Shown here: positions 1-7,955 of the stretch, piece after piece
Layout of the letters: every line of letters starts with the position of its first letter
Numbering within the stretch: position 1 is the first letter of the stretch
DNA from: a virus
Lineage: Duplodnaviria; Heunggongvirae; Uroviricota; Caudoviricetes
Strand: one strand, 5' to 3'
Length of the DNA: 29,412 nt
Virus record (IMG/VR): IMGVR_UViG_2617270990_000002
Translations under genes and position numbers: made by a program
The notes under the pieces: generated by a model
Seen by the model: the letters and a program-made list of their open reading frames with translations, nothing else
Databases searched by the model: none
Told to the model about the DNA's origin: nothing

Positions 1-367
1 TGCTAAATCACGTCAGCGCTGGCTGTTTTACGCGTATGACAGGATACGGAGGACAGTTGTGGCGCACGTTTTCGGTGAACGCACTCTGGCCACACTGGAG
101 CGTCTTCTGAGCCTGCTGTCGGCCTTTGAGGTCGTGGTATGGATGACGGATGGCTGGCCGCTGTATGAATCACGCCTGAAGGGAAAGCTGCACGTTATCA
201 GCAAGCGTTACACTCAGCGCATTGAGCGACATAATCTGAATCTGAGACAACATCTGGCAAGGCTGGGACGGAAGTCGCTGTCGTTCTCAAAATCGGTGGA
301 GCTGCATGACAAGGTCATCGGGCATTATCTGAACATAAAACACTATCAGTAAGTTGGAGTCACTACC
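1..367 (+). mobile_element. IS1 insertion sequence, 3' portion (left end lies outside the window)
   Basis: Window opens inside IS1; the element ends with the characteristic right terminus ...cactatcagtaagttggagtcactacc at 344-367; encodes the InsB frame. Confidence 0.9.
59..352 (+). CDS. insB: IS1 transposase InsB reading frame (C-terminal part of the InsAB' transposase)
   Basis: 97-aa [12 protein letters not shown]...[52 protein letters not shown] matches IS1 InsB as remembered; no search was run. Confidence 0.85.
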   Translation: MAHVFGERTLATLERLLSLLSAFEVVVWMTDGWPLYESRLKGKLHVISKRYTQRIERHNLNLRQHLARLGRKSLSFSKSVELHDKVIGHYLNIKHYQ

Positions 368-565
368 CAGTAACTCCGGGTATGAACTGCGCAATACACC
401 AGTCCGGTTATATACAGCCCAGACAGTTCTTTTTATTCTGGCAGCAATATCCTTAACCGGGGTGGATGAATAAAGCGCAATCAGCAGCGCATCTTCTTCA
501 GGTGTCCACGGACGGACATGAGCGGGGGCGCGACCTTTTAGTCCCATGGGTTGTAATTTCATCAT
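368..565 (-). pseudogene. Mu-like prophage HTH-type gene, 5' 66 codons only; 3' end replaced by IS1 sequence
   Basis: ORF 287..565 starts MMKLQPMGLKGRAPAHVRPWTPEEDALLIALYSSTPVKDIAARIKRTVWAVYNRTGVLR with a GGGGGTGA SD; from 367 downward the reading frame is IS1 DNA, so the native C-terminus is lost or displaced. Confidence 0.4.
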
Positions 566-568
566 GCA

Positions 569-1084
569 TCACCCCCTGACTCGCTTTTCAGCAGCATAAA
601 ACTCATCAGACAGTATTTCGGTCATTTTCTGTTTTGCGGGTTTTACGCCGCACTGAAGGTAAATCACATCGTCAACGCAGAACCACTTCACAGGGCCAAA
701 CAGGATTGCCGAGAAATCAATACCCAACCAGAACAACAGCGCATCGGTTCTGGCATACGTGACGGGCGAATATTCACGCCACAGACTGTTCAGTTCATCA
801 GAGGCAACACGCAGGGTTTTAGGGATACGTGATGTGCGCGGTGTGCAGCTCCAGCCATTCGACGCAGTCGGTTTTCGCCATAAGTCGCGATGAAAAGGAT
901 ATTTGTCCTCCGTAAAACGCAGTCCCTTAAAGTAAAATCCACTGATACCGGATACAAATACCGACCGGCACGCAACATTCAGCACGGCCTCAAGGCGTTT
1001 TGCCTCATCCTTAACTTTCTGGCAGTCCTGCTGGTATTTTTGCCACGCAGCCAGCGCGGAAGGGTTTGATGTTTTAAAGAACAT
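569..1084 (-). CDS. hypothetical protein, Mu-like prophage early/middle region
   Basis: 171-aa ORF, start and stop overlap its neighbours (operon-style packing), same strand as the transposase operon. No family recognised. Confidence 0.5.
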   Translation of the reverse strand: MFFKTSNPSALAAWQKYQQDCQKVKDEAKRLEAVLNVACRSVFVSGISGFYFKGLRFTEDKYPFHRDLWRKPTASNGWSCTPRTSRIPKTLRVASDELNSLWREYSPVTYARTDALLFWLGIDFSAILFGPVKWFCVDDVIYLQCGVKPAKQKMTEILSDEFYAAEKRVRG

Positions 1085-1617
1085 TACGCCACCTCCGCAG
1101 ATATCCCGGCAGGCGCTGCTGTCCGGTCAACAATCAGGTAGCGCAGAACATGTTCAGTGATATTCCAGCCGCTTAAACCGCAGATAATGACGCCCAGGCG
1201 TATGTCGATATACGCCATCACAAACTGGGGCACGCCTTCTTTCATGGCCTGCTCATCAACTTCAGCCACCACATAAACGGTTTCACAGGTCAGAACGCCC
1301 TGAGCAAATTCCCACGCCATCGACGGAATATCATGCCCCTCAATCCATGGCAGGGATTTTCTGAAGCCGCACCACTGAACATCATCAGCCGCAGATTCCT
1401 GGCTGCATTTGCGACGAACCGGCTGCACCGGGCGGGGGCGCGGAATATCATAAAAACCGTTACATTCCGTCAGCACGCCTGCATCAACCGCATCACGCAG
1501 AAAATAAACCATGGAGGATGGCGGCATATTCATTTTTTCAGCCAGTACACCGCAGGTCAGGCGGCCATAAATACACAGCCAGTTTTTAACCCCTTCAAGC
1601 ACTTTTGCATCAATCAT
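1084..1617 (-). CDS. hypothetical protein, Mu-like prophage early region
   Basis: 177-aa ORF directly downstream of gam on the same strand; stop overlaps the next start. No family recognised. Confidence 0.5.
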   Translation of the reverse strand: MIDAKVLEGVKNWLCIYGRLTCGVLAEKMNMPPSSMVYFLRDAVDAGVLTECNGFYDIPRPRPVQPVRRKCSQESAADDVQWCGFRKSLPWIEGHDIPSMAWEFAQGVLTCETVYVVAEVDEQAMKEGVPQFVMAYIDIRLGVIICGLSGWNITEHVLRYLIVDRTAAPAGISAEVA

Positions 1618-1762
1618 GATTTATTTCCCCACCACATTATTAATGACGATATAAACGTATTTCATATTTCTTAACCCTTATTTTCTGTTTTCAGGCGCAA
1701 GCAGTCCCCTGACGCGAGCGCCATAATTAAAATGAAGTGATATTTAATTGATTAATGTGGTG

Positions 1763-2293
1763 TTATTTATTCAGTCCGGCGTCCTGTTCAAAAGGCTCGA
1801 CATAAAAACTTTCAGCGCCTTTATTCACCTTGATACCGGCAATGCCTTTCACAGCATCCGGCTCCGCCAGGACGGCTTCCTTGTTCACTTCCTCTTTCGT
1901 GCGGATGAAACGCTCAAGCCCCATACGGCGCAGCATTTCAATCACACCTTCCACATCACGGCTGACGCTGCATGATGGCGTTCCCAGCCGCCATGACACC
2001 GTTCCGGTGGTCAGATTGGCTGTTTTGGTTTTGCCGCCGTTCGTCAGCTCATCACGGTTGGTTTTGCACCAGTCCTGAATCCCTTTAAAAAGCACTTTGA
2101 TTTGCTTTTTAAGATTTTCAATCTGCGGCGTATAACGGGCGGTGATTTCTGCCACTTCGTCATTCATCGCCGTTTCCAGGCGCAGCGCCTCTCGCTGAAT
2201 ATCTCCCAGGGTGCGGATATCACGGCTGACTTCTTCCCGGGTCTGCGGTGCCGCCTCGGCTGCGGCCTTTAATTTTGTAACGCGTTTAGCCAT
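1763..2293 (-). CDS. gam: Mu Gam-like host-nuclease inhibitor (DNA-end binding protein)
   Basis: 176 aa; MAKRVTKLKAAAEA...RLETAMNDEVAEITARY...WCKTNRDELTNGGKTKTANLTTGTVSWR...ERFIRTKEEVNKEAVLAEP...FEQDAG aligns along its length with phage Mu Gam (174 aa) as remembered. Confidence 0.85.
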   Translation of the reverse strand: MAKRVTKLKAAAEAAPQTREEVSRDIRTLGDIQREALRLETAMNDEVAEITARYTPQIENLKKQIKVLFKGIQDWCKTNRDELTNGGKTKTANLTTGTVSWRLGTPSCSVSRDVEGVIEMLRRMGLERFIRTKEEVNKEAVLAEPDAVKGIAGIKVNKGAESFYVEPFEQDAGLNK

Positions 2294-2304
2294 TTTGTTT
2301 TTCC

Positions 2305-2598
2305 TTATTGCAGTGTGCCTGATGCTTTATGCACGCGGTGGCGTTTAATGATGGCATCCGCTCCAAAAGACTGTGCAGATGCCTGAAATTCCGCTGAGAG
2401 AAACTGAATAATTGCAGGACTGTGATACTGGAGAATACTTGCATAAACGTCACAGAGTGACGTCGGCCTGTTATCCGTATCACGTTCTGTTTTCACATCC
2501 ACTCCAATCTTTTCATGCACTTCAACACAGTCATTGCCTGCCAACTTTTCGTCATGCGAAACATGATTAAATTCAAAAATAACGCGTACTTTGCTCAT
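2305..2598 (-). CDS. hypothetical small protein, Mu-like early region (tandem paralog 2)
   Basis: Start taken at internal MSKVRVIFEF... (AGGGG SD 8 nt upstream); N-terminus is paralogous to the adjacent ORF 2603..2875. Confidence 0.45.
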   Translation of the reverse strand: MSKVRVIFEFNHVSHDEKLAGNDCVEVHEKIGVDVKTERDTDNRPTSLCDVYASILQYHSPAIIQFLSAEFQASAQSFGADAIIKRHRVHKASGTLQ

Positions 2599-2602
2599 GG
2601 AA

Positions 2603-2875
2603 TTACCCCTGTTGATTAAATTCATTACCGTTAATAACCCCGGAAGCCATGCCTCTGTCTTTCATGAATGCACTGGCTTTCATTGCCACAAACTCTGCGA
2701 AGTTTCTGCTTTCTGCCAGCATAACCACCCCAAAAATCATGGCGGGTCCATTATCTTTCTTCTTTATTCCGGTTGAACGTATATCCAGACTTACCCCTCT
2801 GTGCGTGCTGCCATCAGAGTTTTTGCAGATAACATCTTCCTTGTATTCGAAAATAATGCGTACGACTTTACTCAT
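2603..2875 (-). CDS. hypothetical small protein, Mu-like early region (tandem paralog 1)
   Basis: 90 aa beginning MSKVVRIIFEYKEDV..., which shares its N-terminal motif with the next ORF downstream (MSKVRVIFEFNHV...). Confidence 0.45.
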   Translation of the reverse strand: MSKVVRIIFEYKEDVICKNSDGSTHRGVSLDIRSTGIKKKDNGPAMIFGVVMLAESRNFAEFVAMKASAFMKDRGMASGVINGNEFNQQG

Positions 2876-3153
2876 CCTCTGGTCCTCGTTCTGTTTGGAT
2901 AACTGACCCGGCGTCTAACCTCACGGCAGAACCGAATCATGGCATTAAAGGCTTCTTCCTCCGTCACCGCTTCCGGTATCCCCGGAACCAGTAACTGCTC
3001 CTGTTCATCACGTCCATGACGCGCCATAACCTCAATCACATGCCGTACCGTGGCAGGCTTTCCGGCAACTATCGGCAATGCACCTTCCGGCAGGACGTAA
3101 CCAAACTCAATAAGACCACTCGACCACGCCCATGCAATGAGATTTTTTTTCAC
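2872..3153 (-). CDS. hypothetical small protein, Mu-like early region
   Basis: 93-aa ORF, stop/start overlap with neighbours, same strand as the B and gam genes. Confidence 0.4.
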   Translation of the reverse strand: MKKNLIAWAWSSGLIEFGYVLPEGALPIVAGKPATVRHVIEVMARHGRDEQEQLLVPGIPEAVTEEEAFNAMIRFCREVRRRVSYPNRTRTRG

Positions 3154-3154
3154 C

Positions 3155-3421
3155 TCACACCTCCCAGTAAACCGTGCAGCCGCTGATGCGGGTGGCCTTC
3201 ACACGGCGGCGCAGGCCGTTGGTCTGTATGGTGATTTCAATTTCACCGGTTCCCTGCACGTTGCCTACCGGCGGCGTGGTTTTCAGTGCAAAACGTTGCG
3301 GATAGCGCTTACTGCGTTCCAGTACCGCACCGGCAAGTTCGGTCAGACGGCGCGCGCTGTTCAGGGAGTCGAATAAATTCATTTTGTTACCGCAGGATTG
3401 CATATTCATATAACACCTCAT
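3155..3421 (-). CDS. hypothetical small protein, Mu-like early region (start uncertain)
   Basis: 88-aa ORF between B and gam; several candidate Met starts. Confidence 0.35.
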   Translation of the reverse strand: MRCYMNMQSCGNKMNLFDSLNSARRLTELAGAVLERSKRYPQRFALKTTPPVGNVQGTGEIEITIQTNGLRRRVKATRISGCTVYWEV

Positions 3422-3649
3422 TTAGCTGACTTGTTTCGCACCAACAGAACGGCATATTCCGCTGTAAACTTCTGTCGCACCTTCGCGATCAAGTCCGGCA
3501 GATATCACCATTCGTGTGCGGTCATTAAATTCAAAAAGTAAATCGCCACATTCTTTATTTTCGGCCAGTGAAATCACCTTCACGTTATCGAAATTAACCA
3601 GGTAAAAGCGTCCGTAAATATCAGGAATATTAAATACCGCCATAATCAC
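3422..3649 (-). CDS. hypothetical small protein immediately downstream of B (positional equivalent of Mu cim/kil-type genes)
   Basis: 75-aa ORF whose start overlaps the stop of the B-like gene; assignment is by position only. Confidence 0.4.
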   Translation of the reverse strand: MIMAVFNIPDIYGRFYLVNFDNVKVISLAENKECGDLLFEFNDRTRMVISAGLDREGATEVYSGICRSVGAKQVS

Positions 3650-4587
3650 ACCTGTGAGAGTAATTCAGGGTTGGTATAAACCTCTTTAAAGGCCGCATTA
3701 ATATGTTTTTCTGTCAGCGCCGCGCCTTCACCGCTGGCGGTGAGCCACGCCTGGTTAAGCGTATGTGTCAGAACGCGTAACGCTCCCGGCTTTTCAGCGA
3801 TAGCCTGCATGACGGCCAGCTCGGCCTCACCACTGATCCCCCACGCCATGGCAATGGCCAGCACATCCGCCTTTTTGGCCTTGCGAAGTTGTTTTGTACG
3901 GGCAAGACGGCTGAACAGGCGCGATAAATCACCAAAGGCGCGGCGTCCACCTTTAAACAATCCGCGCGGGTTACCAATAAGCACCATCCCGATCCCCGTG
4001 GCGTCCTGAATTGCCCGGAGTTGCTCCAGACCGTCAATACCAAGATGATCCGCCTCATCCACAATCACCAGTCCACGCGTTCCCATCAGGCGACGGCGGA
4101 TGGCGCGGGATAATGCCCCTTTGTTCGCGCGGGTGTAATCAATCCCCAGCGCATCGGCCAGCTCCAGCAGACACTCCGTGACGCTGGAGTGCGCGGGTGA
4201 CAGGGTGATCATCCAGGTGTTTGGTTGCTCCTGGCAGTAATTACGGGCAGTGGCCGTTTTACCCACACCCGGTACGCCCACAATAACGTTAATACAGCCC
4301 ATCAGGCGAACCGCCTGAAACAGTGCGCGCAGCTCCTGGACTGTCTGAGTTTCCACAAACTGCGGCGGTTCCGGCAGTGCGCTTTGTTTATTCCAGTTCT
4401 CATACCAGGAGCGCAGGGAAGCAGCCACAGCAGCGTTATCGCCTTTATATTTTCCCTTACGGAAAGCCGATAATGTGCCGTCGGAAATTCCCGCCTCTCT
4501 GGCGATGGCATACTGCGTCAGTACGCCGCCATCAATAAGTTCATCAATGGTCTTGATTACATCGTTAATATCGGTCATATTATTCAC
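3646..4587 (-). CDS. Mu B-like transposition ATPase (AAA+ target-DNA activator)
   Basis: 313 aa with Walker A GVPGVGKT and Walker B-like LVIVDEADHL; size and position downstream of the transposase match Mu B (312 aa). Confidence 0.85.
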   Translation of the reverse strand: MNNMTDINDVIKTIDELIDGGVLTQYAIAREAGISDGTLSAFRKGKYKGDNAAVAASLRSWYENWNKQSALPEPPQFVETQTVQELRALFQAVRLMGCINVIVGVPGVGKTATARNYCQEQPNTWMITLSPAHSSVTECLLELADALGIDYTRANKGALSRAIRRRLMGTRGLVIVDEADHLGIDGLEQLRAIQDATGIGMVLIGNPRGLFKGGRRAFGDLSRLFSRLARTKQLRKAKKADVLAIAMAWGISGEAELAVMQAIAEKPGALRVLTHTLNQAWLTASGEGAALTEKHINAAFKEVYTNPELLSQV

Positions 4588-4660
4588 CTCGCTTGAGACA
4601 GCATTCTCCGAGACTGAAACCTCAAATAACCTGAGTCACCCCTCGGGTTATTTTTTTATT

Positions 4661-6748
4661 TCAGGCCAGCGGATCACTTTCTTTTAATTTCGCTTCGAGC
4701 AGTTGCAATCCCCGCTGGAAATTACGCTCGTATTCTTCATCAGGTTCATCGTCAGCGACCGGTTGCTGAACGGTCACCGTATTACCCACAGGGCGGTATA
4801 TGTTTTCCAGCCAGGGCTCCTGCGGCTTGTGCTCCAGCACGTTGACAACCTCATCCTCGGCATCACGGATTTTTTCCTCTGCGCGTTTACGCATGCCTTT
4901 AAGGCGCTGCTGCTGTTTGTAGTATTCCGCGCTGACAGGGAAGGCTTCGCGTTTATTGCCGTCCCATACCGCCTCGCAAATCACGCTGCCATCCGGGCGG
5001 CGCACGGTAATTCGTTCGGCATCATGAATGTCATAGCTGATAAGTACCTTACGGCCATGCTCGTCACGCAGCTCGGGCGCGTAGTAAATATTATTCAGCC
5101 AGCGTATTTCACAGCGTCTTACAGGGCGCTCCACCATCGGCCGGAACATATCCCGCAGTTCAACATCGGACAGCCATTCAATTTCCGTGTCCTCTTCCGC
5201 CAGGCGTTTTTTTCTGAACTCCGCCGGGCTGTAATGTTTACCGTTCGGCTTCATGGGTAATTCATCGTGCGGCCGGTTGTTGTACCACTCAACACCGTCA
5301 CGAATGGCATCAATCAGTTCAGACCAGGACGGTAAATCACGCATCGCTGACTGCTGCCGGGCGTTCAGCCGTTTGCCCTGTTGCAGGGCACTGAATGCCG
5401 AGCGTAAATCGCGGTTGGTTTTACGTAACGTCTCGCGATCTGCTCCTTTCCCGAAATAGGTGCGGTATTTACGGGCTATGCGCATCGGTAATGTGCGGTT
5501 AAGCCGTTCGATAATGCCCCGTCCCTGCGGATTACCGGCAATCCCTGTCGGGTGATTAATCCCCAGTCGTGGCAGTATCCCCACAATCTCCTTATCCAGG
5601 ACGTCGGCGGTTTCCCCGGAGCCATTATCCGAGTAATACAGAAACGGTTTGCCATGATGGCGAATACCGTGCTGTATGGCACCGGCTACGGCGAAAACAT
5701 TTTCAGCCAGGTCAAGGCTCCAGCCCACCACAAAGCGCGTGCCACCGTCGATAACAAAGGTCACTTCCGGTGCGAATGGCCGCCCGTGAACCGGGTGCGC
5801 GCATTTCAGCTTCATGCCGTGACCGTCACCAATCCAGACATAATTCACCGGCATTTTTGACCAGTCGCGGCGCGTGAATCCCTCAAGCTGGCGGTATTCA
5901 CTGCCGGTAACCCGTCCTTTTTGTTTCACCACTTCCGGCAGTTTCTTCATTGCGCGGCGAATGGTGTCATAAGACGGCATGATATCGAGCATATAAGGCT
6001 CATCAGCGTGCCGGTGCTGCCATTCGGCAACAAAATCCTCGTAAGCCTCGGTCATTGGTCGGCCGTTTGACTGGCGATACTGCGCCAGAAATTCGGGCAA
6101 CCAGTTAATATCTTCGGCTTTTATTTCCTGGCGTTTACCTGGTGCCAGCAAAAGCAGGCGTTCAGCAGCGTTCTGTGCCTTATTAAAGGCCGCAATCCAG
6201 CGTTTCAGCGTGATTTCACTCAACACGCGACTGTTTCCCTTTCTGGCGTTCGCTATCTCAACCATTGCCACAATGCGCTCATCCAGTTGCGAGTGTGACA
6301 GGCGGTCAACGATGAACCGGATAGCTTTAGCGCAGCTGAAACCGGGTTGTTGCGTGAATTTCAGCACCTCACTGACGATCGCAATGCGTGCGTCTGCCAC
6401 CTGGCGCTGGTTTTCAGTCAGGGCATTGAGGCGTTCGACCATCAGTTGTGGTGATCCGCGATATGCCTCCACCGCATCAACCACGGCAGACGAGCGTCTG
6501 GCCTTTGTCACCACCGGAGCCGGTGATTCATCGGCTTTTTGCGTCATCAGTTGCAGGGCATAACGTTCGCGTAATGCCTGCTGTGTCACTTCAGGTAAAC
6601 AGTCAATGCTGTATTCAAAACCTTTAGCGCCTTTCTTGCGGCGTCTGCTGGTTTCGCTGGTTGCATACTTCCTGATTGAATAGCGAACGCCTTGCTCCGT
6701 TCCCGGCATCCCCGGTAATCCAACCAGTTCTTTGACTGAAGCAAACAT
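4661..6748 (-). CDS. Mu A-like DDE transposase
   Basis: 695 aa; N-terminal DNA-binding region (ELVGLPGMPGT...), DDE-type core (WIGDGHGMKL...VTFVIDGGTRF...YYSDNGSGE), acidic C-terminus; located between ner and B as in Mu. Confidence 0.9.
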   Translation of the reverse strand: MFASVKELVGLPGMPGTEQGVRYSIRKYATSETSRRRKKGAKGFEYSIDCLPEVTQQALRERYALQLMTQKADESPAPVVTKARRSSAVVDAVEAYRGSPQLMVERLNALTENQRQVADARIAIVSEVLKFTQQPGFSCAKAIRFIVDRLSHSQLDERIVAMVEIANARKGNSRVLSEITLKRWIAAFNKAQNAAERLLLLAPGKRQEIKAEDINWLPEFLAQYRQSNGRPMTEAYEDFVAEWQHRHADEPYMLDIMPSYDTIRRAMKKLPEVVKQKGRVTGSEYRQLEGFTRRDWSKMPVNYVWIGDGHGMKLKCAHPVHGRPFAPEVTFVIDGGTRFVVGWSLDLAENVFAVAGAIQHGIRHHGKPFLYYSDNGSGETADVLDKEIVGILPRLGINHPTGIAGNPQGRGIIERLNRTLPMRIARKYRTYFGKGADRETLRKTNRDLRSAFSALQQGKRLNARQQSAMRDLPSWSELIDAIRDGVEWYNNRPHDELPMKPNGKHYSPAEFRKKRLAEEDTEIEWLSDVELRDMFRPMVERPVRRCEIRWLNNIYYAPELRDEHGRKVLISYDIHDAERITVRRPDGSVICEAVWDGNKREAFPVSAEYYKQQQRLKGMRKRAEEKIRDAEDEVVNVLEHKPQEPWLENIYRPVGNTVTVQQPVADDEPDEEYERNFQRGLQLLEAKLKESDPLA

Positions 6749-6750
6749 AA

Positions 6751-6981
6751 TTACGCGACCTTACGAATGTAGCGGCTGGGCCAAATCTCCTCGGGCGGCA
6801 CCCCCAGGCATTCCGCGATAATCCCCTCATACTTGGGAACATGGCGGTATACCGCGTTGTACAGATTGTTCTGACCCACGCCAGCTTTACGGGCCAGCGC
6901 CCTCATGCTTCCTTCTCTGGCTCTGACTTCCCCCAAAATTCTTTGAGGATGCCAATCAGGCTTAACTTCATTTCTCGCCAT
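6751..6981 (-). CDS. ner: Ner-family DNA-binding protein (Mu Ner / Nlp-like)
   Basis: 76 aa with the Ner signature ...DWHPQRI...ALARKAGVGQNNLYNAV...IWPSRY; directly upstream of the transposase, divergent from the repressor. Confidence 0.85.
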   Translation of the reverse strand: MARNEVKPDWHPQRILGEVRAREGSMRALARKAGVGQNNLYNAVYRHVPKYEGIIAECLGVPPEEIWPSRYIRKVA

Positions 6982-7165
6982 GATTCATCTATCCTAAAAA
7001 GTTACGAAATTTGATAACTAAACTTAGTTATCAAGTTTGATATAAGTATTGATCCACCTCTGCTTCATGTAAAGCAAAAAAACATCTTTCTTTTGTCTAT
7101 TGTGGATCAATGGTTGCTGACAACACTAAAAGTTAATAATTTCAAATTGATAGGAAGAAAAGAAA
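6982..7165. promoter_or_regulatory. divergent early control region between ner and repressor, with operator-like inverted repeats
   Basis: 9-bp inverted repeat ttgataact/agttatcaa at 7011-7034 (6-bp spacer); further TTGATA/TTGATC half-sites at 7037-7042 and 7050-7055; second inverted repeat ttgatccac (7049-7057) / gtggatcaa (7102-7110). Confidence 0.5.
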
Positions 7166-7711
7166 ATGAACAAGCAAACAACAACATCTCTTTCTTTTCC
7201 TGGTGGTAGAAAAGAAAGCATTGCTGAGCGTCTGAAAAGGCTGATTGGCTCCCGCAGCGTCAGAGCTGCAGCAAGAGATTGGGGGCTTTCATTTTCAACA
7301 CTAAACAATTATCTGTCTCGTGGCACTGAGCCATCCTTAAGTGTCGCCCTTCAGATTGCGTCTATCGAAGGAGTAAGTGTTGAGTGGCTATGTGGATTCA
7401 GTGATGCATCACAAGTGAATCGGTGTGAGATCAAGGAAAATCAAGATGAAAGCAAGAAGATAATTATGACGATTATCAGCGCACTTGATGAAAAAGACTT
7501 AGAGCAGCTATCGAAAAATTTGGTTCTGAATGGAGCCAAGTACTTAGCTCGGTTGTTAGAGCCTGAAAATCAAGATCTAATCCGCTTAGAAGGAAGGAAA
7601 AGAATAGCTGCATTACAGCTTGAAGGTATGTCTGACGAACGCGTCAGAGAGATTTTGGAAGAAACTGAGAGAAGTCGCAAATCTAACGCGGTAGAACCAA
7701 AAGCGGGTTAA
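7166..7711 (+). CDS. putative prophage repressor (HTH protein at the Mu c position)
   Basis: 181 aa, divergent from ner and transcribed toward the prophage end as for Mu c; HTH-like segment ERLKRLIGSRSVRAAARDWGLSFSTLNNYLSRG; SD GGAAG upstream. Confidence 0.6.
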   Translation: MNKQTTTSLSFPGGRKESIAERLKRLIGSRSVRAAARDWGLSFSTLNNYLSRGTEPSLSVALQIASIEGVSVEWLCGFSDASQVNRCEIKENQDESKKIIMTIISALDEKDLEQLSKNLVLNGAKYLARLLEPENQDLIRLEGRKRIAALQLEGMSDERVREILEETERSRKSNAVEPKAG

Positions 7712-7730
7712 TAGCATTAGCCCGCATTTT
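7703..7730 (+). terminator. putative intrinsic terminator of the repressor gene
   Basis: Hairpin gcgggttaat-agc-attagcccgc overlapping the repressor TAA (7709-7711), followed by TTTT at 7727-7730. Confidence 0.4.
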
Positions 7731-7779
7731 GCACTATATCGAGTATTTCGCATTGTTTGGAACGCCTTAAAAGACTAAA

Positions 7780-7955
7780 ACCACAGTATCAAATGAGTTG
7801 CCGATTTTATAATAAATGACTAATTATTGCACAATCGGTATCAAATAGACCTTATCCGCACATCTAGCCATCACCTGTTTTATTTCAGTATCTTACAGGT
7901 GATTTCACCTCCTTTCACTAAAACCCTTGTCGGTATCAAATGATTCACCTGGTTA
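7780..7955. repeat. left end of the Mu-like prophage with repeated candidate transposase-binding sites
   Basis: Direct repeats of (c)rGTATCAAATr at 7784-7797, 7836-7848 and 7931-7943, plus cagtatc at 7886-7892; 8-bp inverted repeat atcacctg/caggtgat at 7870-7903. Number and spacing resemble Mu attL L1-L3. Confidence 0.45.

Noticed and set aside
287-565. 92-aa ORF as an intact gene
   Set aside because: Only the first 66 codons (565..368) are native DNA; the remainder is translated from the IS1 terminus, so this is a truncated gene, not a 92-aa protein.
4703-5260. 185-aa plus-strand ORF (and 5552..5860, 6210..6563)
   Set aside because: Antisense to the Mu A-like transposase gene; no independent support.
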